Source: Candidatus Nanopelagicales bacterium
Lineage (GTDB): Bacteria; Actinomycetota; Actinomycetes; S36-B12
NCBI GenBank assembly: GCA_012103605.1
Contig: WLWL01000002.1
Location: 7,507 to 71,506 of the forward strand
DNA length: 64,000 nt
Direction of reading: 5' to 3'
A program made the position numbers and the translations under genes. Positions within the stretch are counted from its first letter, which is position 1. Each line of letters starts with the position of its first letter. The notes below the pieces were generated by a model that worked only from the letters and a program-made list of their open reading frames with translations, was not told where the DNA came from and made no database searches. Shown piece by piece: positions 54,567 through 64,000 of this stretch.

Positions 54567-55520
54567 GTGACATCACCACTCGTTCACCACACGCCCGTTG
54601 CAAGCGAGCGCGTCCTCGCTTTGCTGGCACCTGCCCTGACCGAGCCAGGTGCCGTCCTCGTTGATGCAACGGTTGGGCTCGGTGGTCACTTGCGGATGGC
54701 CCTCGATCGATTCCCCGCTATTCGCGTCATCGGCATCGATCGAGACCCCGAGGCTCTCGAGATCGCCGCAGAGCGACTATCCGCGAGTCGGGAGCGAGTG
54801 CACCTGGTGCATGCCGTGTTTGACGAGATCCCGTCCATCCTTGCCGATCAGGGCATCGCGTGCGCTGATGGCGTGCTGTTCGACCTGGGGGTCTCCTCCA
54901 TGCAATTGGACGAGGTGCGGCGGGGATTTTCGTACGCGCAGGATTCTGAGCTGGACATGCGGATGAACCCCGGGGACGCCCTGACGGCGGCGGATGTCGT
55001 GAACGACTACGCCGAAGAAGATCTTGTTCGCATCCTTCGGCAATTCGGCGAGGAGAAGTTCGCACCCCGCATCGCACGCGGAATCGTTCGCGCCCGGGAA
55101 GGCCACCGAGTGTCCCGATCGTCGGAGTTGGCGTCGATCGTCAAGGAGGCCATCCCCGCTGCAGCGAGGCGCCGAGGGGGAAATCCAGCCAAGCGCACCT
55201 TCCAGGCCTTGCGTATTGAGGTCAACGCAGAACTGACGGTGCTGCGCAGAGCCCTTCCCCGAGCGCTTGATGTCCTCAGCGTGGGCGGCCGCATCGTCGT
55301 GATGTCCTACCAGTCGCTCGAAGACCGAATCGTCAAGTCAGAGTTCGTGGCGCGCACATCCATCGATGCTCCACCGGACCTTCCTGTTGTTCCTCAGGAC
55401 ATGCAGCCGTCCTTCAGGTTGGTCACGCGGGGGGCCGAAATGGCGTCGGACGCGGAAGTGGAAGCCAACTCGCGGGCAGCCTCGGTTCGATTGCGCGCCG
55501 TCGAACGGGTGGCGGCATGA
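54567..55520 (+). CDS. rsmH: 16S rRNA m4C1402 methyltransferase
   Basis: HTPV, DATVGLGGH, DLGVSSMQLD, FQALRIEVN, SLEDRIVK. Confidence 0.95.
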   Translation: MTSPLVHHTPVASERVLALLAPALTEPGAVLVDATVGLGGHLRMALDRFPAIRVIGIDRDPEALEIAAERLSASRERVHLVHAVFDEIPSILADQGIACADGVLFDLGVSSMQLDEVRRGFSYAQDSELDMRMNPGDALTAADVVNDYAEEDLVRILRQFGEEKFAPRIARGIVRAREGHRVSRSSELASIVKEAIPAAARRRGGNPAKRTFQALRIEVNAELTVLRRALPRALDVLSVGGRIVVMSYQSLEDRIVKSEFVARTSIDAPPDLPVVPQDMQPSFRLVTRGAEMASDAEVEANSRAASVRLRAVERVAA

Positions 55521-56275
55521 GCGTTACGTCGTCCGCTGCCGAATCGCCTCTGGCGGACCCATCCGCGCTTTCGCTGCCGTCGGAAAGCACCGAGTTCGCC
55601 ACCCAGGGGGCCGGACGCCGACTGCGAAGCGATCGCCCCCACTTGCGATTGGTCGCTCCGCTGCGACCGGAACGGGCGAGTCGAGGGCTCTTCGCGGTAG
55701 TGGTCACCATCGGGTTGGCGTTGGGGCTCATCGTCATGTTGCTGATCAATACGTCCGTCGCGCAGACAGCTTTCGTCGTGAGTGAGTTGCAGTCGAAGCA
55801 ACGTGAGCTCGCGCGGACCGAAGCTTCGTTGACTCAAGCGATCGCTGCTGTGGCGGCTCCGCCGGAACTTGAATCGAAGGCTCGTGCGTTGGGCATGGTT
55901 CCGGCCACGCGCCCGGTATTCCTCACCGTTCCTAGCGGCAAGGTTCGGGGAAAAGCCAAACCTGCTCCCGGTGATCGCAGTCGGACGTTAAATCTCGCAG
56001 GCTCCTTGACGGCGACGCTCATCGATCCTCTTCCCGTCAACGGGCGCGGAGAAAAATTGCCTCCCGCGCAGCGACGGCAGGTCGGGGATGGCGCGGTTCT
56101 TGTCGATGCTGCTGCTCAGCCCACCGGCGACGCGGCGACGCAGCAGGCGCGTCGGAATGAAGAACGTCAGGCCTTGCGTCAAACGGCGACGACCGACGGG
56201 GCTGTTCTGGTGGGCCCTGACGCGCCGCGCGCGGGAGAAGTCGATGGCGCTGAGCTGGGACAGGCGGGGCAGTGA
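55517..56275 (+). CDS. ftsL: FtsL-like cell division protein
   Basis: Single TM plus coiled coil, ARALGMVP; lies between rsmH and ftsI. Confidence 0.7.
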   Translation: MSVTSSAAESPLADPSALSLPSESTEFATQGAGRRLRSDRPHLRLVAPLRPERASRGLFAVVVTIGLALGLIVMLLINTSVAQTAFVVSELQSKQRELARTEASLTQAIAAVAAPPELESKARALGMVPATRPVFLTVPSGKVRGKAKPAPGDRSRTLNLAGSLTATLIDPLPVNGRGEKLPPAQRRQVGDGAVLVDAAAQPTGDAATQQARRNEERQALRQTATTDGAVLVGPDAPRAGEVDGAELGQAGQ

Positions 56276-58095
56276 TGGCTACCGGCTACCCAACGAAGCA
56301 GGCCCAGAGTCGACGACCACGCCGAGCGACGTCTGGTGGACGTGGCTCCGGGGGAGACCATCACACACCGGGTGATTTCCGTCGAGGGAACGCTCGGCGC
56401 CGAGGCACCGCGCTAGTCCTGGCCACGGCCGTCGTCGCTTCTGTTTTCGCAGCGCGTCTAGTGGACCTCCAGGCGGTACGAGGCGAGGCTCTTGCGGATG
56501 CCGCGCTCAGCCAGCGCCTGCGAACTCTGGAGATTCCGGCCTATCGCGGCAGCATTCTGGATCGAACTGGCCAAGCGCTGGCGGTAACGGTCGAAGCCCG
56601 TGACGTCACCGCGGATCAAACCTTGATCGAGGATCCCGCTGCACTCGCGGTGGAACTTGCGCCGATCCTTGAAGTTCCACAAGACGTTCTCGCCGATCGA
56701 CTTACCGGCGACAAACGCTTCATGTACGTGGCGAAAGGAGTGGCACCCGAAACGTGGGACCGAATCAGCTCCCTTCGGCTGCCGGGCATCTTCAGTGAAG
56801 AAACCTCCCAGCGCACGTACCCGGCAGGCGACCTGGCCTCGCACATCGTGGGTTTCGTGCAAGGAGACGGATCGGGTGGCGGTGGAATCGAGTCGGCCTT
56901 CAACGACATCCTCACCGGTACCCCGGGACAGCAGACCTACGAGCGCGGTCCAGGCGGCCGGGTGATTCCGACCCAGAACCAATCGTCCACCGCGGCGGTC
57001 GCTGGATCGGACGTCCAGCTGACCATCGATCGCGACGTTCAATTCGTCGCCCAAGAAGCCCTTCAGGGAGTGGTGCAACGATCGGGCGCATCGAGCGCGA
57101 CCGCGGTCGTGATGGACATTCGCACCGGCGAGATCCTCGCGATGGCAACGGCACCGGACTTCGACCCCAACCGTTTCACACAATCGACCCAAGATGATCG
57201 TCGGAACCGAGCCATCACCGATATCTTCGAGCCAGGCTCGACGGGAAAGGTGATTACCGCAGCGGCGGTCATCAACGAGGGTGTCGTCGATCCGCTGACA
57301 CCCATCAAGGTGCCGGGAAAATTGGAACGCGCTGGCAAGAAGTTCAATGACTACTGGGAGCACGGCACACTGCGATTAACGATGACCGGTGCGTTCGCCA
57401 AGTCCAGCAACATCGGCATGATCCTGGCCGCGGAGAAGATGCCCAAGCGACAGCTGGCCCGTTACATGGAGAAGTTCGGGATCACGCAGCGAACCGATCT
57501 AGGGCTCCCGGGTGAATCTGCAGGCCTGATGCTGCAACCAGAGAACTGGTACGGCACGACATTCCCGACAATGGCCTTTGGTCAGGGTTACTCGGTGACG
57601 GCCGTGCAGATGACAGATGTCTTCGCGACCATCGCGAACGGTGGCGTTCGGGTGAAGCCATCGATCATCGACGCCACGATTGACGCGGACGGAACTGTCG
57701 CGAAGACCCCTGATGCCGAACGCGATCGAGTCGTCCGTCAGGAAACCGCACGACAAGTAATGGCGATGATGGAAGCCGTCACCGCGGAAGGCGGCACCGC
57801 TCCGCAGGCACGAATTCCCGGTTACCGCGTTGCCGGAAAGACTGGTACGGCCCAGTTTGTCGATCCCGATTGCCGGTGCTACGCAGGTGACGTCACGGCC
57901 TCATTCATCGGCGTGGCTCCAGCCGATGCTCCGCGTCTCGCTGTCGGAGTCTTCGTCCATCAACCCAAGCGCGGACGTGGCGGTGGTGAGTTGGCAGGTC
58001 CGGTGTTCAAGGAGATCACCACCTATGCTCTCCAGGCAATGCAGATTCCTCCGTCCGGCAAGCGAGCTCCACGGCTCTCGTTGACCACCGGATAG
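56272..58095 (+). CDS. ftsI: class B penicillin-binding protein FtsI
   Basis: RGSILDR, EPGSTGK (SxxK), SSN, KTG. Confidence 0.92.
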   Translation: MMATGYPTKQAQSRRPRRATSGGRGSGGDHHTPGDFRRGNARRRGTALVLATAVVASVFAARLVDLQAVRGEALADAALSQRLRTLEIPAYRGSILDRTGQALAVTVEARDVTADQTLIEDPAALAVELAPILEVPQDVLADRLTGDKRFMYVAKGVAPETWDRISSLRLPGIFSEETSQRTYPAGDLASHIVGFVQGDGSGGGGIESAFNDILTGTPGQQTYERGPGGRVIPTQNQSSTAAVAGSDVQLTIDRDVQFVAQEALQGVVQRSGASSATAVVMDIRTGEILAMATAPDFDPNRFTQSTQDDRRNRAITDIFEPGSTGKVITAAAVINEGVVDPLTPIKVPGKLERAGKKFNDYWEHGTLRLTMTGAFAKSSNIGMILAAEKMPKRQLARYMEKFGITQRTDLGLPGESAGLMLQPENWYGTTFPTMAFGQGYSVTAVQMTDVFATIANGGVRVKPSIIDATIDADGTVAKTPDAERDRVVRQETARQVMAMMEAVTAEGGTAPQARIPGYRVAGKTGTAQFVDPDCRCYAGDVTASFIGVAPADAPRLAVGVFVHQPKRGRGGGELAGPVFKEITTYALQAMQIPPSGKRAPRLSLTTG

Positions 58096-58098
58096 TCC

Positions 58099-59616
58099 AT
58101 GCGTCTCGCCGAGGTGCTTCGTGACGCCGGTCGCGCCCCGATCGCGGACGTGCCACCCATACTCGACGAATCGGTAGCGAACCTCGACCTCGTGGGTATC
58201 GCGCTGTCGTCCGACGGGTTGGAACCGGGCTTTGCGTTCGCGGCGCTGCCCGGCCACCATCGTCACGGAGCCGAATTCATCGACGAAGCATGCCGTCGAG
58301 GAGCGGTCGCGGTGATCACCGATAGCCAGGGTCAATCAATCATCGCTCGCAGCGCCCACAGTGATATTCCGATCATCGTCCACGATCAACCGCGGCCTCT
58401 GGTCGCGCACATTGCAGCCATCCTCGCTGGCTTCCCGACGCGGTCGCTGACGATGGTCGGGGTAACCGGCACAAACGGCAAGACCAGCGTCTGCGCCCTG
58501 CTCGCGGCAGCCCTTGACGCCGGAGATGTCAGTTGTGGTGTTATCGGAACCTTGGGCTCGACGTTGAACGGCGATCAACTCGCATCAGGCCCACGCACGA
58601 CACCCGAAGCCCCCGACATCCAGGCGATGGCCAGGTCGATGGTGGACCGCGGAGCGGAGGCCATCGTCATGGAAGTCTCGAGTATTGCGCTGAGCGAGCA
58701 TCGAGTCGATGGCGTCGTATTTGACGTGGCCGTTTTCACGGGCCTCAGCCACGATCATCTGGACTATCACGAGACTATGGAGGCCTACTTCGCCGCCAAG
58801 GCGGAGCTCTTTACAAAGGAGCGTTCGCGGCGGGGAGTCGTGCTGATCGATGACGAGTGGGGAGAGCGCCTCGCGCGGGAGTCGGTTATTCCTGTCGAGA
58901 CGGTCAGTACCACCGGTAAAGCGGCCAACTGGAATATGACCGCTGTCGATGGCGGGTGGGTGTTGACCGATGGAGTCGACTCCTGCGACGTGCGAACTCC
59001 GGTGGGTGCCGACTTTGTTGTTGCGAATGCCGCCGTGGCAATCGTCGCGGCACTTGGCGTGGGCGTTCCGCTCGTCGTTGCTGCGGACGCAACCGAGACG
59101 GCTCGTATCCCAGGACGGATGGAACTCGTCGGACGCGAGAACGGAATCGACTACATCGTGGACTATGCGCACACGCCGGATGCGATCGAGCAGGTCATAT
59201 CCGCGGCCGCTCGAGAGCGAGCCGCTCGTGGACAAGGACGAGTCATTGTCGTCATCGGTGCCGGGGGAGACCGCGATCCGAAGAAGCGACCGGATATGGG
59301 CATGGCTGCCAGTCGGGCGGATGTCGTCATCGTGACCGATGACAACCCGCGATCGGAGAACCCCGCGGACATTCGACGGCAGCTTCTTGAAGGAGTGCAG
59401 GGCGGTTGTGAGATTCACGAGTGTGATTCGCGGCGAGACGCCATTGGGCTCGCAGTGGCGACGGCGAGACCAGGTGATGTCGTTCTGGTCCTGGGCAAGG
59501 GGCACGAAGCGACACAGGAGTGGTCGGATGGCGTGATTGCGTTCGACGATCGACAGGTGCTGGCATCCTTCATTCACGATCGTCGAGGCGGGGAGTCAGG
59601 GAGGGGTGTCGAGTGA
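58099..59616 (+). CDS. murE: UDP-MurNAc-dipeptide:DAP ligase
   Basis: GTNGKTS, TTPEA, DHLDYH, DYAHTPDA, DNPR (DAP-type motif), GKGHE. Confidence 0.95.
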   Translation: MRLAEVLRDAGRAPIADVPPILDESVANLDLVGIALSSDGLEPGFAFAALPGHHRHGAEFIDEACRRGAVAVITDSQGQSIIARSAHSDIPIIVHDQPRPLVAHIAAILAGFPTRSLTMVGVTGTNGKTSVCALLAAALDAGDVSCGVIGTLGSTLNGDQLASGPRTTPEAPDIQAMARSMVDRGAEAIVMEVSSIALSEHRVDGVVFDVAVFTGLSHDHLDYHETMEAYFAAKAELFTKERSRRGVVLIDDEWGERLARESVIPVETVSTTGKAANWNMTAVDGGWVLTDGVDSCDVRTPVGADFVVANAAVAIVAALGVGVPLVVAADATETARIPGRMELVGRENGIDYIVDYAHTPDAIEQVISAAARERAARGQGRVIVVIGAGGDRDPKKRPDMGMAASRADVVIVTDDNPRSENPADIRRQLLEGVQGGCEIHECDSRRDAIGLAVATARPGDVVLVLGKGHEATQEWSDGVIAFDDRQVLASFIHDRRGGESGRGVE

Positions 59617-61019
59617 AGCCGCTCCCTGTCGATGTCCTCGCGACAGCGATGAACGCGTCGGTCAATGCTGCTCTCGATGCGACGGGAATTCAGGCAACCG
59701 GAGTTGCGATCGATTCTCGGGACATCACACCGGGTGACGTGTTCTGCGCCTTAGAGGGGGAGCGGGTCGACGGACACGATTTCGCGGCGGAGGCGATCGC
59801 CGCCGGTGCCGTGGCGATCATTTCGAACCGAGATATCGCCGGTGTCCCGTGTTTGGTTACCGACAACTCGTTGGAAGCATTGGGGCGCCTTGCTCATTGG
59901 TACCGCACGCACGAACTCTCCGCGACGGTGATCGCCGTTACGGGTTCCTCCGGGAAGACCACAACCAAGGACCTGATCGCCGACGTTCTGCCTGGCGCCG
60001 TGGTTGCGGCGCGCGGCTCCTTCAATACCGAAGTCGGCGTTCCACTGACCATCCTCGAGGCAGACCCATCGACGGACTATCTGGTGCTCGAAATGGGGAT
60101 GCGGGGGATTGGGCACATCGGATACCTCGCCGAGATGGCGGAGCCAGACATCGGGGTCGTTCTGAATGTGGGGCTCGCGCATGTGGGAATGATGAATGGA
60201 CCCGAGGAGATCGCGCGCGCGAAATCAGAGTTGGTGAGGGCCCTGTCCGCGGAGGACGTCGCCGTGCTGAATTGTGACGACTTCGCGGTCAGCGCCATGG
60301 CCGAACAATCGGATGCTCCCGTGGTGTGGTTCGGCGAGAGCGAATCCGCTGGGGTCCGCGCCACAGGTGTCCAAATCGACAACCAGGGGCGGGCCTCATT
60401 CGACCTGACGGTGCCCGGGCAAGACAGTGTTGCCGTGCACCTGTCCCTGCACGGCGAACACTTCGTCTCGGCCGCCCTGGCAGCAGCGGCGGTTGGTGCC
60501 TCGTGCGGCATGTCGGGCAAGGACATCGCGCGAGAATTGAGCAGTGCCCAGGCCCGAAGTCGCTGGCGCATGGATGTCCAAACGTCGACGCAGGGCGTCA
60601 CCGTGATCAACGATGCCTACAACGCTAACCCTGATTCCGTTCGCGCTGCGCTCAAGACGCTGCGCGCGATGCAGGGGTCCGGCAGGACGTGGGCCGTTCT
60701 CGGCGAAATGTTGGAGTTGGGTGAGAGGTCTACCGACGAGCATGATGCGATCGGACGGCTGGTCGTGCGTCTGGACATCTCCCGCCTGGTGTGTGTGGGG
60801 CCGGGCACCAAGGTGATGCACCTGGCAGCGAGCAACGAAGGGTCGTGGGGAGACGAATCCGTCTGGGTGGAGGATCCGCAGGCGGCGATCGAATTATTGG
60901 ACGAGCAACTCCAGTCCGGGGATGTCGTCCTCGTCAAGGCCTCTCGCGCGGTAGGAATGGAGCGGGTGGCCGAGCATCTTCTCAATACCGGCCCAACGAC
61001 GCAGGGGAGTGACCGATGA
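59613..61019 (+). CDS. murF: UDP-MurNAc-tripeptide:D-Ala-D-Ala ligase
   Basis: DGHDF, TGSSGKTTTKD, NDAYNANP, VKASR. Confidence 0.95.
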   Translation: MKPLPVDVLATAMNASVNAALDATGIQATGVAIDSRDITPGDVFCALEGERVDGHDFAAEAIAAGAVAIISNRDIAGVPCLVTDNSLEALGRLAHWYRTHELSATVIAVTGSSGKTTTKDLIADVLPGAVVAARGSFNTEVGVPLTILEADPSTDYLVLEMGMRGIGHIGYLAEMAEPDIGVVLNVGLAHVGMMNGPEEIARAKSELVRALSAEDVAVLNCDDFAVSAMAEQSDAPVVWFGESESAGVRATGVQIDNQGRASFDLTVPGQDSVAVHLSLHGEHFVSAALAAAAVGASCGMSGKDIARELSSAQARSRWRMDVQTSTQGVTVINDAYNANPDSVRAALKTLRAMQGSGRTWAVLGEMLELGERSTDEHDAIGRLVVRLDISRLVCVGPGTKVMHLAASNEGSWGDESVWVEDPQAAIELLDEQLQSGDVVLVKASRAVGMERVAEHLLNTGPTTQGSDR

Positions 61020-62083
61020 GACTTGTGGTCATCGCCCTCGCGATCGCATCGGTGGTGTCGTTGGTAGGAACGCCGATTCTGATCAAACTCCTGTCTCGAC
61101 GGGGTCACGCCCAGGCGATTCGCGTCAGCACCGAAAACGAGGCCTACCCCGATCATGAATCGAAGGTGGGTACGCCGTCCATGGGCGGCGTCGCCATTAT
61201 TCTCGCGGTGCTCGCGGGCTATTTCGGCACGCACCTGCTGACGTGGCGACCGGTCAGCACGTCCGGTTTGCTAGTGCTGTTCTTGATGGTGGGATTGGGT
61301 CTGGTCGGCCTGGCCGATGACTACTTAAAGATCTTCAAACAGCGCAGCACGGGTCTGCGGGCGAGAACCAAGTTGATCGGACAGGCTCTGGTCGCGTTCA
61401 CATTCGCGTACCTGTCGGTCCAGTTCCCCGATGCCGATGGTGAGACCGCAGCTTCCTTGGCGGTTTCCTTCGTCCGCGACACTCCGCTCGTTCTCCCCCT
61501 GGGGTTGTTCCTGGTGTGGGTGTGGTTCCTGATCACCGCGACCACCAATGGCGTGAACCTGACAGACGGACTCGACGGATTGGCCGTCGGAGCATCGGTG
61601 ATGAGCTTCCTGGCCTACGTGCTGCTCGCAATTTGGCAGTACGGACAGAACTGCTCGTTTGTTGATTCTGAATTCTGTTACACCACTCAGAATCCCCTGG
61701 ACCTCGGAATCGTTGCGGCGTCCGCCGCGGGAGCGTGCTTCGGATTCCTGTGGTGGAACACGGCGCCGGCGCGGATCTTTATGGGCGATACAGGTTCTCT
61801 CGCCCTCGGCGGCGGCATCGCCGGGCTCGCCATTCTCAGTCGTACCGAGTTGCTCTTGCCTTTTATTGCTGGGCTCTTCTTGATCACCACGGTGTCGGTC
61901 ATCTTGCAGGTGGGTTCCTTCCGCCTCACCGGGCGCCGGGTATTTCGCATGGCGCCGTTGCATCACCACTTCGAGATGATCGGCTGGCCCGAGATTCAAA
62001 TCGTCGTGAGGTTGTGGATTGTTCAAGGACTGTGCATCGGAGCAGGATTAACGCTCTTTTACGCCGAGTGGGTACGTGCGTGA
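61016..62083 (+). CDS. mraY: phospho-MurNAc-pentapeptide transferase
   Basis: GTPSMGG, DDYLK, NLTDGLDGL, FMGDTGS, MAPLHHHFE. Confidence 0.96.
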   Translation: MRLVVIALAIASVVSLVGTPILIKLLSRRGHAQAIRVSTENEAYPDHESKVGTPSMGGVAIILAVLAGYFGTHLLTWRPVSTSGLLVLFLMVGLGLVGLADDYLKIFKQRSTGLRARTKLIGQALVAFTFAYLSVQFPDADGETAASLAVSFVRDTPLVLPLGLFLVWVWFLITATTNGVNLTDGLDGLAVGASVMSFLAYVLLAIWQYGQNCSFVDSEFCYTTQNPLDLGIVAASAAGACFGFLWWNTAPARIFMGDTGSLALGGGIAGLAILSRTELLLPFIAGLFLITTVSVILQVGSFRLTGRRVFRMAPLHHHFEMIGWPEIQIVVRLWIVQGLCIGAGLTLFYAEWVRA

Positions 62084-63522
62084 CCGAGCACCGGGTGAGT
62101 GCACTGCAGCGAGATTCGCAATGGTCCGACCTGTCCGTCTGCGTTGTCGGGCTGGGAGTCGCCGGCTACTCGTGTGCTGACGCATTGATGCAACTTGGTG
62201 CATCAGTCACCATCGTGGACGAGTCACCGGGGGACATTCATCAGGAGCGAGCAGAAGTACTCGGATCGCTGGGTGCGGTCATTCGGTTCGGCGAGGCTGC
62301 CGAGTTGCCACTCGACAGCGATGTGGTGGTCGCCTCACCGGGGATTCGACCGTCCGCGCCGGTGTTAGCCCCGGCGCTGGCCCGCGAGATTCCGATCTGG
62401 GGCGAACTTGAACTGGCGTGGCGGCTTCGCCGCGGTCCATCCGACGCCCCGTGGCTGTGCGTGACGGGGACGAACGGAAAGACGACGGTGACGTTGATGC
62501 TGGAGTCGATGCTTACGGCATCGGGAGCTCGGGCGGTATCCGCTGGGAATATTGGCGTTCCTCTCGTTGACGTGATCATGCACGACGATGTCGAGGTCAT
62601 TGCCGTGGAAGTTGGCGCGCCGCAACTTCCGTTCGTCACATCGATGAGCCCTTACTCGGCCGTATGCCTGAATATCGCCGATGATCACATTGACCACTTC
62701 GGTTCCTTCGAGCAATACGCAAGCACCAAGGAACGCATTTACCAAAACACACGCCACTCTGCGATCTATTCGGTCGACGATGACGTCACACGGGAAATGG
62801 TCGAACGCGCGGACGTTATCGAGGGTTGTCGGGCTATCGGTTTCACGCTGGGAGTTCCCGACGTCGGAATGGTCGGAGTCGTGGACAACTTGCTGGTGGA
62901 CCGGGCCTACCTCGAGCAGCGCCGAGATGCAGCCCTCGAGCTAGCGAGCATCAACGATGTTCGGCCTCAGGCTCCTCACAACATCGCCAATGCGCTGGCC
63001 GCCGCGGCGCTTGCCAGGTCCTACGGGGTGCACCCGAGCGCGGTGCGGGCAGGCCTTCGTGACTTCCAGCCTGCGCCGCACCGAATAGCCGAGGTTGGCG
63101 AGTTCTCGGGCGTCCGATACGTGGACGACTCCAAGGCGACCAATACCCATGCGGCAAAGACGTCGCTTCTGGCGTATCCGTCGGTGGTATGGGTCGCTGG
63201 TGGTGTGGCGAAGGGGCAGGAATTCGACGATTTGGTGGTCGAGATCCACGATCGGCTCCGAGGGGTGGTGCTCTTGGGGCGTGACGCGGGGGTAATCCGT
63301 GACGCTTTGGCCCGACACGCACCCGATATTCCGGTAATCGTCGTGGAACGCAACGAAACTAGTGTGATGGGTGAGGTTGTTGATGCAGCTGCTGGGCTCG
63401 CCCGACCCGGTGACGTCGTTCTCCTCGCCCCCGGGTGCGCCTCGTGGGACATGTTCACCGACTACACCGAACGTGGACGTGCTTTCGCTGATGCTGCGCT
63501 GCAGCAGGGCTCGGCGTCATGA
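62080..63522 (+). CDS. murD: UDP-MurNAc-L-Ala:D-Glu ligase
   Basis: GLGVAG, TGTNGKTT, GNIG, DDSKATN, LAPGCASWDMF. Confidence 0.95.
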   Translation: MTEHRVSALQRDSQWSDLSVCVVGLGVAGYSCADALMQLGASVTIVDESPGDIHQERAEVLGSLGAVIRFGEAAELPLDSDVVVASPGIRPSAPVLAPALAREIPIWGELELAWRLRRGPSDAPWLCVTGTNGKTTVTLMLESMLTASGARAVSAGNIGVPLVDVIMHDDVEVIAVEVGAPQLPFVTSMSPYSAVCLNIADDHIDHFGSFEQYASTKERIYQNTRHSAIYSVDDDVTREMVERADVIEGCRAIGFTLGVPDVGMVGVVDNLLVDRAYLEQRRDAALELASINDVRPQAPHNIANALAAAALARSYGVHPSAVRAGLRDFQPAPHRIAEVGEFSGVRYVDDSKATNTHAAKTSLLAYPSVVWVAGGVAKGQEFDDLVVEIHDRLRGVVLLGRDAGVIRDALARHAPDIPVIVVERNETSVMGEVVDAAAGLARPGDVVLLAPGCASWDMFTDYTERGRAFADAALQQGSAS

Positions 63523-64000
63523 GCAGCCAGACGCCGGAGGTATCCGAGCGATCCGCGAGCCCCGGCGAGGGTGAATCGACCTCGCCGCTGGCACTGCTCG
63601 CCCGTCACCCCCTGAGTGCGTATTACCTGCTGATGGGTTCGGCGTTGCTCTTGCTTCTCCTCGGCCTGATCATGGTGATGTCGGCGTCGAGCATCGAAAG
63701 CGTCCGCGTCTTCGGATCTCCCTACACCCTCGCGCAACGCCAGGCCTTCTTCGCACTTCTCGGCGTCGTTGCGATGTTCTTTGCGGCGCGCACATCCGTG
63801 CAGTTCTGGCGTGCCTTCGCGTGGCCGTTGCTGCTCGCCGCCTTCGGATTCCTGGTGGCTGTCCTCATCATCGGCGTCGAAGTCGCCGGACAACGCAACT
63901 GGATCGAGATCTTCGGCCCGTTCAGGTTCCAGCCGAGTGAAATCGCGAAACTCGCGCTTGTCGTGTGGGGCGCGGAAGTGCTGTCGCGGCGGTCGCGTCG
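63519..64000 (+). CDS. ftsW: FtsW (5' part; runs off window)
   Basis: GLIMVMSASS, GQRNWI, FQPSEIAK. Confidence 0.9.
   Translation, partial: MSSQTPEVSERSASPGEGESTSPLALLARHPLSAYYLLMGSALLLLLLGLIMVMSASSIESVRVFGSPYTLAQRQAFFALLGVVAMFFAARTSVQFWRAFAWPLLLAAFGFLVAVLIIGVEVAGQRNWIEIFGPFRFQPSEIAKLALVVWGAEVLSRRSR

Overview
A GC-rich actinobacterial chromosome segment. The gene order resembles the Mycobacterium/Streptomyces core, and many genes appear leaderless. Finer taxonomy cannot be fixed from sequence alone. Left to right: a partial acetolactate synthase-like gene; pdtaS/whiB1/DAG-kinase; a cobalamin-riboswitch-controlled ECF transporter operon with two exported accessory proteins; a cluster resembling the mycobacterial methylglucose-lipopolysaccharide (MGLP) genes next to etfBA-iscS-mnmA-ligA-gatCAB; two ilvD paralogues bracketing a D-apiose catabolic cassette (ApsD-like dehydrogenase, ApnL-like lactonase, SDR, FAH hydrolase, rhodanese); a DNA-damage operon (HEPN SAV_6107, dnaE2, dinB) with both a PafBC-type promoter and a LexA box; several accessory genes (RmuC, HelD, PPTase, DUF3048); and the start of the dcw cluster. 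The best candidate for an undescribed system is an apiose/apionate pathway with no ApnO oxidoisomerase in the window, apparently using a duplicated IlvD with altered active-site motifs plus SDR and FAH enzymes. Other leads are a possible split transcobalamin-like B12 capture pair and an unannotated 45-aa membrane peptide behind the mraW RNA motif. All family calls come from motif recognition by eye; no searches were run.
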